DNA from: an uncultured Acidobacteriota bacterium | GTDB taxonomy: Bacteria; Acidobacteriota; Terriglobia; UBA7540 | DNA length: 64,000 bases | Assembly (NCBI GenBank): GCA_963804995.1 | Contig: CAWDSK010000006.1 | Span: forward strand, 480,001 to 544,000 | Direction of reading: 5' to 3' | Part shown: piece after piece, positions 1 through 9,988 of the stretch | Position numbering within the stretch: the stretch's first letter is position 1 | How the letters are laid out: each line of letters opens with the position of its first letter | Made by a program: the position numbers and the translations under genes | Notes under the pieces: model-generated | What the model was told of the DNA's origin: nothing | The model's input: only the letters and a program-made list of their open reading frames with translations | Databases searched by the model: none

Positions 1-22
1 ACAGGTCCGCGCTACCTTGGCG

Positions 23-143
23 AAGTGACCCCTCACCCGGCGGCGCATGGCCGCCACCCTCTCCCCTCGGAGAGGGCGGTTTAAACTCCTGCCTTCTCCC
101 AGGGGAGAAGGTGCTGAGGTACGAAGCGGATGAGGGGTTTCTT
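23..143. repeat. ~120 bp palindromic intergenic repeat (CCCTCACCC...CCCTCTCCC family)
   Basis: Near-identical copy at 20929-21048. Related segments at 6190-6296, 13155-13186 and 30798-30940. Confidence 0.85.
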
Positions 144-153
144 GGATTGCGGC

Positions 154-325
154 TCATCATCTGGCCCCGTGTCCGGAGCGGATTTCGCCAGGCCATCAAA
201 CGCCGGTGCTTTGATCGATGGCGTCGCCGAAGCGACATGCCGCCCCTGATAGGCCTTGCACCCGTGTCCCCAAGCGGTCATTGCCCATTGTAGTGCCGCG
301 AAAGAGGGCCAAGCACGCCCAGCTC
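154..325 (+). repeat. Direct repeat copy A upstream of MNT-HEPN
   Basis: Aligns by eye with 1111-1380 (TCATCTGGCCCCGTGT...GGCGTCGC and CCTTGCACCCG...GCGGTCATT...GAGGGCCAAG). Confidence 0.8.
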
Positions 326-408
326 GCGCTAATTGTTGATACCCTTCGTGCACGTTTTCTTTTCGTCACGTTAGTGTTACCCTCGGATTTTGGAGATAGT
401 GTCTCGGT

Positions 409-714
409 ATGGCCAAGATGAAAATTCCGATTCCCGCGGAGCGTGTCAGCGAGTTCTGTCGAAAGTGGAGAATCGCTGACCTCTCGATCTTCGGTTCGGC
501 GCTTCGGGATGACTTCCGCCCCGACAGCGACGTCGACTTGTTGGTAACCTTCGCTCCGGATGCGCAATGGAGCCTTTACGATTGGGTAGACATGATTGCC
601 GAGCTTCGAGAGATATTTGGCCGCGAGGTCGACCTTCTCTCCAGCCAATCCCTGCGAAATCCCTTCCGCAGGCACGAAATCCTAAAGACCTGCGAGAGTT
701 TGTATGCAGCCTGA
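409..714 (+). CDS. mntA: Minimal nucleotidyltransferase (MNT) antitoxin
   Basis: FGSALRDDFRPDSDVDL (GSx10DxD motif), about 100 aa, overlaps the HEPN gene. Confidence 0.9.
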   Translation: MAKMKIPIPAERVSEFCRKWRIADLSIFGSALRDDFRPDSDVDLLVTFAPDAQWSLYDWVDMIAELREIFGREVDLLSSQSLRNPFRRHEILKTCESLYAA

Positions 715-1051
715 CGCGAAGGATGCCGCGTATTTGTGGGACATGCTGGATGCGGCGCGGGCGATCCAGCAATTTGTTCTGTCGCGCTCATTTGAGGATT
801 ACAAATCAAACAGGATGCTTCGTGGGGCCGTGGAAAGGCATATCGAGATCATCGGTGAGGCCGCTAATAAGTTGTCGCGAGGATTTCGCGCCGCTCACCC
901 GGAAATCCCCTGGCAGCGAATCATCTCGCAACGCAATGTTCTGGCGCATGAATACGGCGAAGTTGACGACTCGCTGGTGTGGAGAGTGGCCACCTCACGC
1001 ATTTCCGAGCTCATCAGCCAGATCGAACCTATTGTCCCGCCCCTGCCCTGA
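704..1051 (+). CDS. hepT: HEPN/DUF86 RNase toxin
   Basis: RNVLAHEY (Rx4HxY), EIIGEA and IPW motifs. Confidence 0.9.
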   Translation: MQPDAKDAAYLWDMLDAARAIQQFVLSRSFEDYKSNRMLRGAVERHIEIIGEAANKLSRGFRAAHPEIPWQRIISQRNVLAHEYGEVDDSLVWRVATSRISELISQIEPIVPPLP

Positions 1052-1110
1052 GGGTCACTTCTGTTCCAGCAGGTAGGGCGGGGTGGACCTACTTTGGCCC
1101 CCTCAGCAGT

Positions 1111-1380
1111 TCGTCATCTGGCCCCGTGTACGGGCCGGCTTTCCCATGGCCATCCAACGCGGGTGCTCTGACCCGTGGCGTCGCTTTCGGAGTGCGGGAG
1201 CTCGCTCCCGCTTTTTGCAGCCGGTGACTCGTCACCGGTGCGGAGGTTCGCCGCGACGAGTCGCGGCGAGCAAGAGCGGCGACGAGTCGCCGCACTCCGA
1301 AAGACAAGCCTTGCACCCGCGTCCGCAAGCGGTCATTCCCCGATCTAGTGCCTCGGAGGAGGGCCAAGTACGCCCACCTC
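1111..1380 (+). repeat. Direct repeat copy B, interrupted by a REP-doublet at 1184-1303
   Basis: Homologous to 154-325. The insert CTTTCGGAGTGCG...CGCACTCCGAAAG is related to 33400-33537 and 40297-40466. Confidence 0.8.
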
Positions 1381-1499
1381 TACTTGCTCTTAGGAAATGC
1401 TGTTAGAATTGCAGAGAAGCACCGTCCGCCTTAGGCCCAGGCCAGACGAGTCGTTTTCGAGGAGAGAGTGAAGAAAATTTGGACGTAGGGGAAATTCAT

Positions 1500-1784
1500 A
1501 TGGCAAACGACAGAATTGCTGCGTTGGCGGTCGCCAGATTAAGCCACCCACTTACCCTGAAGGAAGTGGAGGATGCGTGGCGTTACGAGCAGGAGCTTAT
1601 TCCTGGCGCTCATCCTTATCTGGACTTCGATGTTCAAGAAAACGAGGTTCGCTTTACGGTCTCTCCGCGACACACGCTTGTCATCTCAACCGATGAAATA
1701 AAACGGCCATTTCAAATCGCCATTCACAGGAAATATCCGAATATGAAGATTGAATGGCTTGATGGACCCATGCCGCCGTTATAG
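1500..1784 (+). CDS. Hypothetical protein (~94 aa)
   Basis: ORF with ATG at 1500 after GGGGA and a protein-like composition. No family recognised. Confidence 0.55.
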   Translation: MANDRIAALAVARLSHPLTLKEVEDAWRYEQELIPGAHPYLDFDVQENEVRFTVSPRHTLVISTDEIKRPFQIAIHRKYPNMKIEWLDGPMPPL

Positions 1785-1910
1785 CGGGTTGCGCAGACGG
1801 AGGCGTAGTTTGCCTTCGTCTGCGGCTTTTCGGTCTTTCACATTGATAGACATGTGAACGCGCTTCTTATTATGAGCCGCGGAGTGGTGCAGAAAGTGCA
1901 CAACTCCGCG

Positions 1911-2402
1911 CTAGCCGGGGTACATTGCGTCGAACGCAGCGAGCTTTGCATCCTCGGGGTTGTTGTCCCATCCTGGCACCTGAATCCAATCCGAATCGAG
2001 GGCGTCCTGAGACTTGTAGCTGACAGCCCAGCCTCCACGCGGTCCACGCTTCAGGACAATCACCGTTCCGCTCTTCTTGAGGTACAAGTTCCCTTTCTCT
2101 GAAAGCCGCCAGTTCAGAGTGGGCCAACGCATGCGGCGACTTGCTCGGCCTTTCAACTCGCGCTCGCGCAATCTAGGAGTTGCGAAATCTTGGGTTAAGT
2201 GCTCAGCGCAGACGCACCCTACTTTCACCTGCTGACTGGTCCTTTGGTTTTTCAACTGATGCACAAAGCGCACGTGTGGGTACCCGCAATTTTCGCAAGT
2301 GAACTCGGCTGCTCCGTTGTCGGTGGTACCAACCAACGCCCACCCGCGGCAGGGCCACCCACTCCGATACTGAAATCTCTCTTTCACCGGAAGCTGCCCC
2401 AT
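1911..2402 (-). CDS. Uncharacterised protein with CxxC...CxxC putative Zn site and a basic C-terminal half
   Basis: CENC and GCVCA motifs. Starts 15 bp after the KTSC gene. Confidence 0.7.
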   Translation of the reverse strand: MGQLPVKERFQYRSGWPCRGWALVGTTDNGAAEFTCENCGYPHVRFVHQLKNQRTSQQVKVGCVCAEHLTQDFATPRLRERELKGRASRRMRWPTLNWRLSEKGNLYLKKSGTVIVLKRGPRGGWAVSYKSQDALDSDWIQVPGWDNNPEDAKLAAFDAMYPG

Positions 2403-2417
2403 GGACTAATTCAAGGA

Positions 2418-2639
2418 CTATCCTGCGCAGCGACCATTTGGCTTGAAGTTCAGAACGTTGTGAATGTACTTACCCCGTGATTGACCAGGTGCACTGAATT
2501 CCTGCCATACGTCAGGTGGACATGCGGCGTAGAACCACTCAACTCCATCGCGGAATCGGACGTATATTGTTTCAGTTTCCGGGTCGTAAGCTTCGGCGAC
2601 AATACGTGTTGAGCCGCTGACCTCAATCCATTCAATCAT
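2418..2639 (-). CDS. KTSC-domain protein
   Basis: VSGSTRIVAEAYD..TIYVRFRDG..WFY..P..VWQEF..SRGKYIH pattern, 73 aa. Confidence 0.8.
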   Translation of the reverse strand: MIEWIEVSGSTRIVAEAYDPETETIYVRFRDGVEWFYAACPPDVWQEFSAPGQSRGKYIHNVLNFKPNGRCAG

Positions 2640-2643
2640 TACT

Positions 2644-4410
2644 CTATACCTCGTACGTTGCGCGCCAGGCTTCTATTGGGGGTCTGACGTCGGGCACTTG
2701 TGGCTGTCCCCTCCATGGGCTGAGAGATGGGTCATCTGCCATTGGCTTTGGATTTGGCATGTCGAGCACCATACGGGCAGGTAAGACGACGGCCTCCCCG
2801 CTAACGACAGCTTCGCCTGTACGCAGGGAGGGAAGGACGGCGGCCAACCCAGCGACGGTATCCGGGAGCGCTGCGCGAATTGTGCCTTGGTCCTCTGCGT
2901 TAGATAGCCGAAGAGCTATGATTGTGCCGCACTGAGCCAAGGCGGTTTTGGGTAGTTCAGTCGGCCTCTGAGTAACTAGCAAAAGTCCAATTCCATACTT
3001 GCGTCCTTCCCGGGCTATTCTATTCGCGGAATCCCGGGTGAGAGCTCCAGCTTCATCGCCCAGGTACCTATGGGCCTCCTCGAGGACAACTAATACCGGG
3101 CTTGGACGGCCAACACCGGGTCCCCCTGGCGCGCTCCTGAGACACACCTCAAAGAGAAGGCTCAGGATCACACCGATAGCTAGGTCGGTAGCGATTGACG
3201 GTACGCCACTGAAATCAAGGACAGAGATAGGTCGCGCCTCACCTAGCCATTCCTGCATTGCTTCCACGAGAGGATCTGGACCTTCATTAGTGCCGGGACA
3301 CTCTTGGAAAAAGCGAAGTTGCGGATCTAGCAGCCCAAGTCGGAGCAGGTCAGGCGTTGTACCATACACGCCGTACAAAGGACCCTTATGGGGTGCCTGA
3401 CCGGCAGGGTTGTAAGGTCGAAATTGCGCGGACGTCAGTGTGGCCGCGTCACCCGGCTGCAACAGGCATGCAGTGGCGGGATCACCCTTATTCATCCGCG
3501 TTTCGCGATTTTCTGAATCAATTCTGTGCCAAACCGGGCGGATGTCAAAGGGTACCGGAGTGTCGGCCGTCACGGCGGTAGGCTTAAGATTAAGCCAGTC
3601 TGCGCTCGCCACAAACGTTCTTCGAGCGTCCGCCACCAGCTCGGCAAAACGATTGTTGAAAGTAGCGCCGCCTAGCGCACCTGCAAAAACCCGCACGATA
3701 TCCGCAGCCGGTAGCGCCCAGTACGGGACTCGCAGTCGACTCTCGCCATCTCCGAGGACGCTGCGGACGGATGCGCTGTCTCCGAGCGCGCGCGCATACT
3801 CGCCGTGTGGGTCGATAACCACAACATTCGCTGCCTGCCATCCGCCCTTGATGAGGTTCTGCAAGAGAGACGCCACAGCGCTCGTTTTGCCGGCTCCGGT
3901 CGACCCCACGATTGCGGCATGACGTACCACCAGGCGCGAGGCTTCCAAACAAACAGGTACCTCTTCAGAAGCCGCCAAGCAGCCCAACCGCAGATGCTCC
4001 GCGCCCTGTTCAGGAAAAATCTCGCGAAGTTGCTCCGGCGTTGCGAAGTGCACCGGGTCGTCAAGTCCAGGGTAAGACCCCACACCACGTCGGAACTTGC
4101 GGGTGCCCCTGTCAATTTCGCCAAGCAACTGGACTTGCAACCAGCGCTCACCGGATTGAATATTTTCGGCTGGAGCAAGCGGGCCCGCCAGTTCTGCAAT
4201 GCCCAAAAGCGAGACTGTCGCGATTAGGTCGACAAGGCCCTGCGGTATACGGACAAGGGAGCCAATCTGGCCAACTGGTTGAAGTTTGCCCCGGTAGATT
4301 GGCGCTACGCCGGCAAGATCGGGGTCGAGAGCCACGGTTACTGTGGCGCCCAGCACATGTCGAACCCTGCCGATACAGGTTGGGTCGCGCTCAGGCATCT
4401 GTTCTTCCAC
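2644..4410 (-). CDS. herA: HerA/DUF87 ATPase with N-terminal barrel (start may be ATG 4398)
   Basis: Walker A GSTGAGKT, IDPHGEY, Walker B VVLEEAHRY, IAREGRKYG, TQRP. Confidence 0.92.
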   Translation of the reverse strand: MEEQMPERDPTCIGRVRHVLGATVTVALDPDLAGVAPIYRGKLQPVGQIGSLVRIPQGLVDLIATVSLLGIAELAGPLAPAENIQSGERWLQVQLLGEIDRGTRKFRRGVGSYPGLDDPVHFATPEQLREIFPEQGAEHLRLGCLAASEEVPVCLEASRLVVRHAAIVGSTGAGKTSAVASLLQNLIKGGWQAANVVVIDPHGEYARALGDSASVRSVLGDGESRLRVPYWALPAADIVRVFAGALGGATFNNRFAELVADARRTFVASADWLNLKPTAVTADTPVPFDIRPVWHRIDSENRETRMNKGDPATACLLQPGDAATLTSAQFRPYNPAGQAPHKGPLYGVYGTTPDLLRLGLLDPQLRFFQECPGTNEGPDPLVEAMQEWLGEARPISVLDFSGVPSIATDLAIGVILSLLFEVCLRSAPGGPGVGRPSPVLVVLEEAHRYLGDEAGALTRDSANRIAREGRKYGIGLLLVTQRPTELPKTALAQCGTIIALRLSNAEDQGTIRAALPDTVAGLAAVLPSLRTGEAVVSGEAVVLPARMVLDMPNPKPMADDPSLSPWRGQPQVPDVRPPIEAWRATYEV

Positions 4411-4422
4411 CTGCTGGGTGTA

Positions 4423-5559
4423 TTATGGTGCCGCCGCACTTACTGTTCCTGGTGCCGTTGACGGAGTCTGGGATTGACTTGCGGTGTTACGAGCTAAGTA
4501 CGCAGCTAAATTTCGAAAGTCGCGAAGTGCGAATTGGTTGCTCTCCCAGAGTTCATGCGGAGGACTAGCAGGAACCTTCCAGTTGCCGCGGACTCCACCC
4601 AAAATCGCCTCTGTGCCACTAGCCACTTGCAGATTTGGCGTATTACTGGCCCACTTGGAAAGGACGTCAGGTATACTTGAATAACAGAACGCAACAAACT
4701 CCGACCGCTCTCGTCGAGCCGCGGCTTCAAAAATCATTTCATTGAGGTGATCGTCACCAAATGAGTATCCTGCAATAATTACAAGGCTTTCCGGTTCCTG
4801 TAACGCCCTTCGAAAACGGTCCTGTAAAACTACGAATGGAACGCGCCGTGACTCATCGTATTTGGCATCGGAAGGATAAATCGCGGCAGCCAAGCCTTGT
4901 GAAACAGGAACTCCGAGGCGAACGATGTTCTTGTCCTCCCAGAGCCAATTGACGGAACCGTGTAATTTCCACAACCGAACGAAGAAAGCGGGAACACATT
5001 CTTCAATCTTTCCGGCTGTGGCCTCAACCAATTCGGTGTGAAATCGAGCTCTTAACGCACCTACAAAGCCATCGAAGTAAGGAATTCTGCGGCTTTCAAG
5101 CGCGGTTTCTAACAACAGGTCATAGTTTACGGTGAACAACTCGACCGGAAGATGATATATGGCGCTTCCAGCCCAAGCGGCGAGGAAATCAACGGCAGTG
5201 AGGTCCGTGCCAGGCTTGATCTCAAGCTCTTTAACAATTATCTGGCAGACTGCACTGTCCAGCAACGTGGCCTGCGCGGAAGTTAAGCCGTCGACCTCTT
5301 GAATGTCGGTGATCAGTGCTGCGATTCTACGAAGACGACTGAGAGCTTGCTCCAAATTTCTGCTTTTCAGCTGGGTCTCAAATTTTCCTGCGTCCTCTGG
5401 CTTCAAACCACTGAGAACGCGTTGCTGAAGGCTGGCAACGTCAGGCAGTCCGCACGCGCTCCCAACACCGGCTCCAAGGAAGGCGCAGATATGGCGCGAC
5501 CGAGCAGCAAGTTTTGCGCTCAGGTCAGCGGCGAACCTAATAGGGTCGTGGTCCGGCAT
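4423..5559 (-). CDS. SIR2-like (SIR2_2) NADase
   Basis: FLGAGVG, FTVNYDLLLE, KLHGSVNW and GYSFGDDHLN motifs. Confidence 0.92.
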   Translation of the reverse strand: MPDHDPIRFAADLSAKLAARSRHICAFLGAGVGSACGLPDVASLQQRVLSGLKPEDAGKFETQLKSRNLEQALSRLRRIAALITDIQEVDGLTSAQATLLDSAVCQIIVKELEIKPGTDLTAVDFLAAWAGSAIYHLPVELFTVNYDLLLETALESRRIPYFDGFVGALRARFHTELVEATAGKIEECVPAFFVRLWKLHGSVNWLWEDKNIVRLGVPVSQGLAAAIYPSDAKYDESRRVPFVVLQDRFRRALQEPESLVIIAGYSFGDDHLNEMIFEAAARRERSEFVAFCYSSIPDVLSKWASNTPNLQVASGTEAILGGVRGNWKVPASPPHELWESNQFALRDFRNLAAYLARNTASQSQTPSTAPGTVSAAAP

Positions 5560-6036
5560 GTGACCAAGTTCTCCCGGAAGTAGAATTCCGACCTTCAGTT
5601 ACCAGGGAGTATACACCTGTTTGCCTTTTGCGTGGCCATGGAATGCGCGGGTGGGGCAGACATTGCCTATGATGTCTGCGTCCCAAGCCTCGCGTTGCGA
5701 TCTCTCGCGCCCAAGTGTTCACGGCAGCCGGGAAGAGCAGGGGCTAGGGGTTAGGGATTGGGGGTTAGGGGCTCGGGGAGTCGGAAATCGAAGATTGCAG
5801 ATTCGAGATTCAAGAACACGGCAAGGCCGCGCGGCACTGGAACTTGTCGTCAGACCTGCGACCCGAGCACTTGCAATATGTCGACTAGCCCGGATAATTC
5901 ATGAATTTCTCGGAGCCATTGAGGGAGGGAAAGAATTTCGAGGGTCACGGAGATGCGGCACAGAGACCCCAGCGCGGCGGGGCCGCGACCCAAGCCGTGC
6001 CATGGCCGTCCCGGCCATGCCCGAGCACGGGCGGGA

Positions 6037-6164
6037 GAAGCTGTGAAAAAATCCCATCAAACCTTTCACCGCGGAGACGCGGAGGCGCAGAGGTTTGAAA
6101 ACAAAGGGTCATTTCTCTGCGTCTCAGCGACTCAGCGGTGAAAATGGTATTTTTTCACACCTTC
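6037..6164. mobile_element. MITE with GAAG(C/G)TGTGAAAAAAT terminal inverted repeats, inserted in a REP
   Basis: TIRs visible and GGA duplicated at 6034-6036/6165-6167. Second, inverted copy at 40645-40779. Confidence 0.75.
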
Positions 6165-6419
6165 GGACGCCCTTGGCACATTAAAATGCGTCACCTTAAC
6201 TCCCCCCCTTGCCCCCTGGGGAGAGACGGCGGTAAATTCAAATCAACTCCCCGCCGGTCGTCGCGGCGACAGAGAGACCGGGGGTGAGGGGGTCTTAGCA
6301 TCGAAACAATCCCTCTAAAAGCGGCTGAGTGAACAGCATTAGGTTAGAATAGTGCACGCGGGGACGAGACCCTCCGCGTCGGATTTAAATGTCGCGATGC
6401 TGAACGACGGAAAGATAGC

Positions 6420-7790
6420 GTGAATCCTAATTCCATTCTGATTGTCGACGACGAACCCGGAATCCGCGAATCCCTCACGGACGTTCTGCATGACGAGGGA
6501 TACGCGGTCGAATCCGTGGCCAGCGGTGAGGCCTGCCTGGAATCCCTGGCTATCAACAAATATGACGTCATCTTGCTGGATATCTGGTTGCCCGGCGAGG
6601 ACGGCATCCAGACCCTGGAGAAGATCCGGGCGCTCGAAGCCCCACCCACGGTCATCATGATCTCCGGCCACGGGACCATTGAAACCGCGGTCCGTTCCAC
6701 CAAGCTGGGGGCTTTTGACTTCATTGAAAAGCCCCTCTCGATTGAGAAAATCCTGCTGACCTTGCGGCACGCGCTGGAGCAATCGCGCCTGGCTGCCCAG
6801 AACCGCGAATTGCGCGAGGAACTGCACGGGCGTGACCGCATCATCGGCGACAGCGTCCCCCTGAAGGCTCTACGCCAGCAGTTGGGGCTTGCCGCTCCCA
6901 CTAACGGCCGGGTACTTATCTTCGGGGAGAGTGGTACGGGAAAGGAACTGGTGGCCCACGCGCTGCACAATCTGAGCCAGCGCGCTGAGCAGGCCTTCGT
7001 GGAAGTCAATTGCGCGGCCATTCCCGAGGAGCTGATTGAAAGCGAGTTGTTCGGACACGTCAAAGGTTCTTTCACCGGGGCCCTGGAAGACAAGGTCGGA
7101 AAATTCGAGCAAGCCCACAGCGGCTCCCTGTTCCTGGATGAAGTGGGGGACATGAGCTTGCGCACCCAATCCAAAGTGCTGCGCGTGATCGAAGAACAAC
7201 GCTTCACGGCGGTCGGCTCCGGCAACAACCTTACCGTCGACGTGCGCGTGATCGCCGCCACTAACAAGCGGCTCGAAGACGAAATCCAAAAAGGGAATTT
7301 CCGAGAAGATCTCTTCTACCGTCTCAACGTCATTCCCTTTTATGTTCCTCCGCTGCGCGAACATGCCGAAGACGTGCCGGCTCTGGCCAATTACTTCCTG
7401 GCGGAATTTGCGCGCGCCTATGGACGCCGGCCCAAACACTTCGCGGAGGCGGCCATGGAAGTCCTGAGCGGCTACCGCTGGCCCGGGAACGTTCGCGAGC
7501 TTAAGAACCTGGTGGAGCGTCTCGTCATCATGGTTCAGGGCGAACGCATCGAGCGCCGCCATCTGCCCCCTTCCCTGCACCACGACCGCATGCGCCCGAC
7601 CTCAAGCAAAAACGCGACGGGAGGATTTTCAACCCTCCAGGAAGCGCGCGCTGCCTACGAGCGTGACTACATCCTGCGCAAACTCGAAGAGAATCAGGGC
7701 AACGTTACCCGCGCCGCCGAAGTCCTGGGCCTGGAACGGAGCCACCTCTACCGCAAGATGAAGTCCCTGGGGATACCCTTCGGAAGCTGA
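6420..7790 (+). CDS. Sigma-54-dependent response regulator (NtrC/NtrX-like)
   Basis: Receiver domain, GESGTGKE, GSFTGA, C-terminal Fis-type HTH. Confidence 0.92.
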   Translation: MNPNSILIVDDEPGIRESLTDVLHDEGYAVESVASGEACLESLAINKYDVILLDIWLPGEDGIQTLEKIRALEAPPTVIMISGHGTIETAVRSTKLGAFDFIEKPLSIEKILLTLRHALEQSRLAAQNRELREELHGRDRIIGDSVPLKALRQQLGLAAPTNGRVLIFGESGTGKELVAHALHNLSQRAEQAFVEVNCAAIPEELIESELFGHVKGSFTGALEDKVGKFEQAHSGSLFLDEVGDMSLRTQSKVLRVIEEQRFTAVGSGNNLTVDVRVIAATNKRLEDEIQKGNFREDLFYRLNVIPFYVPPLREHAEDVPALANYFLAEFARAYGRRPKHFAEAAMEVLSGYRWPGNVRELKNLVERLVIMVQGERIERRHLPPSLHHDRMRPTSSKNATGGFSTLQEARAAYERDYILRKLEENQGNVTRAAEVLGLERSHLYRKMKSLGIPFGS

Positions 7791-8051
7791 ACCAGGCTTG
7801 ACAATCTAGCGCAGGCCTGTGGTTGAGGTCAGCAGCCTATTGTGTTCCACCGGAGGCCAACCGTAGACCTCCCTGACAGGTCCGCATCGCGTGCTCACCA
7901 GCTCATTTTTTGCGGGGGCGCAATTTTTTGTTAAAAGGTGGGACTGTCCCACTTGTTGCTCTCCGCGGGCCATAGCGAGCGAGGTCCCACCAAAACTCCC
8001 ACCTTCTGGCCTTTTTCGCCCCCTGACTTTTTCATTTACGAATCCGCAACG

Positions 8052-9359
8052 CTACGCCGGCGAAACCAAATTAAGAGACTCGTGAATGACGTCGTAAATG
8101 AAGTGCATCTCCTCAGTGGTAACGCAATAAGGCGGGAGAATGTACACCACATTCCCAAGCGGGCGAAGAAGCACGCCCTTGCTCAAATAGAAATCGTAGA
8201 GCCGCGCGCGCAACGATGAAAGATACCCCGGGTCATCGGCCCGCAACTCCAGCGCGGCCACGGTGCCGATAGTCCGCACATCTTGAACCGCCGGGTGATC
8301 CTTGAATTTTGGAAGCCTCTCCTCATGAACCTGCTGGATCGAACGGATGCGATCAAACACCGGCTCCGTCTCGAAGATCTTCAAGTTGGCATTGGCCGCA
8401 GCACAGGCAATTGGATTGGCCGTATAAGAGTGCCCATGGTAGAAAGTCCGTCGTCGCTCAGGAACTGCGAAGGCTTCCCAAACACGGCCCGTGCAGAGCG
8501 TGGCGGCGAGCGGCAAGAAGCCGCCGGTCAATCCTTTTGAAATACACATCAAGTCAGGAGCCACACCTACGACTTCACAAGCGAACATCTTTCCGCAGCG
8601 CCCGAAGCCGGTCAGCACTTCATCGGCAATCAGCAAGATATTGTGCTCGTCGCACAATTGCCGGATTCCTTCCAGAAACTCCCGGGGATGAACGATCATC
8701 CCTCCCGCCCCTTGCAGCAGAGGTTCGACGATCACCGCGGCAATAGCGCCCGCGCGCGCAGTGAGCAAATCCCGCAGCTTGTCGAGGCAATCGATCTTGC
8801 ATTGCTCGCGAGTAAGACCCACGGGACAATGGAAGCAGTAAGCGGAATGGACCCTGTGGAACGGGAGGCGCAGACTTTCGAACGGCGTGGAGAAGGCGGA
8901 ATCCGCGCCGGCAGACATGGCGCCGATCGTATCGCCATGATAGGCGTACTCAAGCGCGATGATTTCCCTTTTTTCCGGCTGCCCCAAGTTCCACCAGTAT
9001 TGCACCGCCACCTTCAGAGCCACTTCCACGGCCGTCGAGCCATCGTCTGAAAAGAAGATGTGTTCAAGTCCGGAAGGCAGTATCTTGCCCAACCTCTGCG
9101 CCAGTTCCTCCGCCGGTTCGTGGCTGAAGCCCGCGAAGATGACCTGCTCGAGCTTGCGCGCTTGCTCCGCAATAGCGTTGGCAATGGCCGGGTGGGCATG
9201 CCCATGCAGAGTTACCCACCAGGAGGAGATTGCGTCAAGCAGGCGCCGCCCGTCACGAGTGAAAAGGTAAGCACCCTCGGCGCGCTCTACGAAAACAGGT
9301 TCCCCGTCAAGCGCTGGATGCGTGAACGGATGCCAAATTTTGAGACCGCTGGGAGTCAT
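8052..9359 (-). CDS. bioA: DAPA aminotransferase
   Basis: IWHPFT, SSWWVTLHGH, DEVLTGFGR, SKGLTGG. Confidence 0.95.
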   Translation of the reverse strand: MTPSGLKIWHPFTHPALDGEPVFVERAEGAYLFTRDGRRLLDAISSWWVTLHGHAHPAIANAIAEQARKLEQVIFAGFSHEPAEELAQRLGKILPSGLEHIFFSDDGSTAVEVALKVAVQYWWNLGQPEKREIIALEYAYHGDTIGAMSAGADSAFSTPFESLRLPFHRVHSAYCFHCPVGLTREQCKIDCLDKLRDLLTARAGAIAAVIVEPLLQGAGGMIVHPREFLEGIRQLCDEHNILLIADEVLTGFGRCGKMFACEVVGVAPDLMCISKGLTGGFLPLAATLCTGRVWEAFAVPERRRTFYHGHSYTANPIACAAANANLKIFETEPVFDRIRSIQQVHEERLPKFKDHPAVQDVRTIGTVAALELRADDPGYLSSLRARLYDFYLSKGVLLRPLGNVVYILPPYCVTTEEMHFIYDVIHESLNLVSPA

Positions 9360-9988
9360 AACGGAAAGTAGGACTTGTCAAAATGTATTTCGAAAACGCG
9401 CCGCAATTCTTGCCGCGAAATTCCTGCGAGGGGTGGAACCCAACCCAGAATTGGAATACGGCCATAGCGTTCCACGGCCGCCCGATTATTGCGATCTTCT
9501 TCACCGTTCAGCACCACGCCGGCCACCTGAATCCCTCTCTCGCGAAGCGCTGCAAGACTGAGGAGAGTATGGTTGATAGTCCCCAGAGCGGTGCGCGCCA
9601 CCAGGACAACTGGAAAGCCCAGGAACTTCATGAGATCCACCATGAACTCAGAGTCATTGAGAGGAACGAGCACGCCGCCCGCACCTTCCGCAATAAGCCA
9701 TCTGGTTTCGGGAGTTGAAGGTTTCTGGAGGACGGCGAGCTGAATTCGAATCCCATTCCATTCTGCCGCCAGGTGCGGTGATACAGGCTCAGGGAAACAA
9801 TACGCCTCTGGAATCTCATCTTCAGCAGAAAGCCCTGCGAGCCTCCGCACAGTTTCACGGTCCGTCCCCTCGCGGGAGCCCGTCTGAATTGGCTTCCAGT
9901 ACACACCGTCGAGCGCGGCACACAAGAGTGCGGAAACAATGGTTTTTCCCACACCTGTGTCGGTTCCTGTTACAAACAATCTTTTCAT
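9356..9988 (-). CDS. bioD: Dethiobiotin synthase
   Basis: FVTGTDTGVGKT, KPIQTG, EGAGG, LGTINHT. Confidence 0.95.
   Translation of the reverse strand: MKRLFVTGTDTGVGKTIVSALLCAALDGVYWKPIQTGSREGTDRETVRRLAGLSAEDEIPEAYCFPEPVSPHLAAEWNGIRIQLAVLQKPSTPETRWLIAEGAGGVLVPLNDSEFMVDLMKFLGFPVVLVARTALGTINHTLLSLAALRERGIQVAGVVLNGEEDRNNRAAVERYGRIPILGWVPPLAGISRQELRRVFEIHFDKSYFPL

Noticed and set aside
154..1380. Integron attC sites
   Set aside because: No clear RYYYAAC/GTTRRRY boxes and no integrase in the window; kept only as an unexplained repeat.
5621..6141. ORFs across repeat patches (also 33177-33676 and 40240-40950)
   Set aside because: Translations of palindromic and heptamer repeats.
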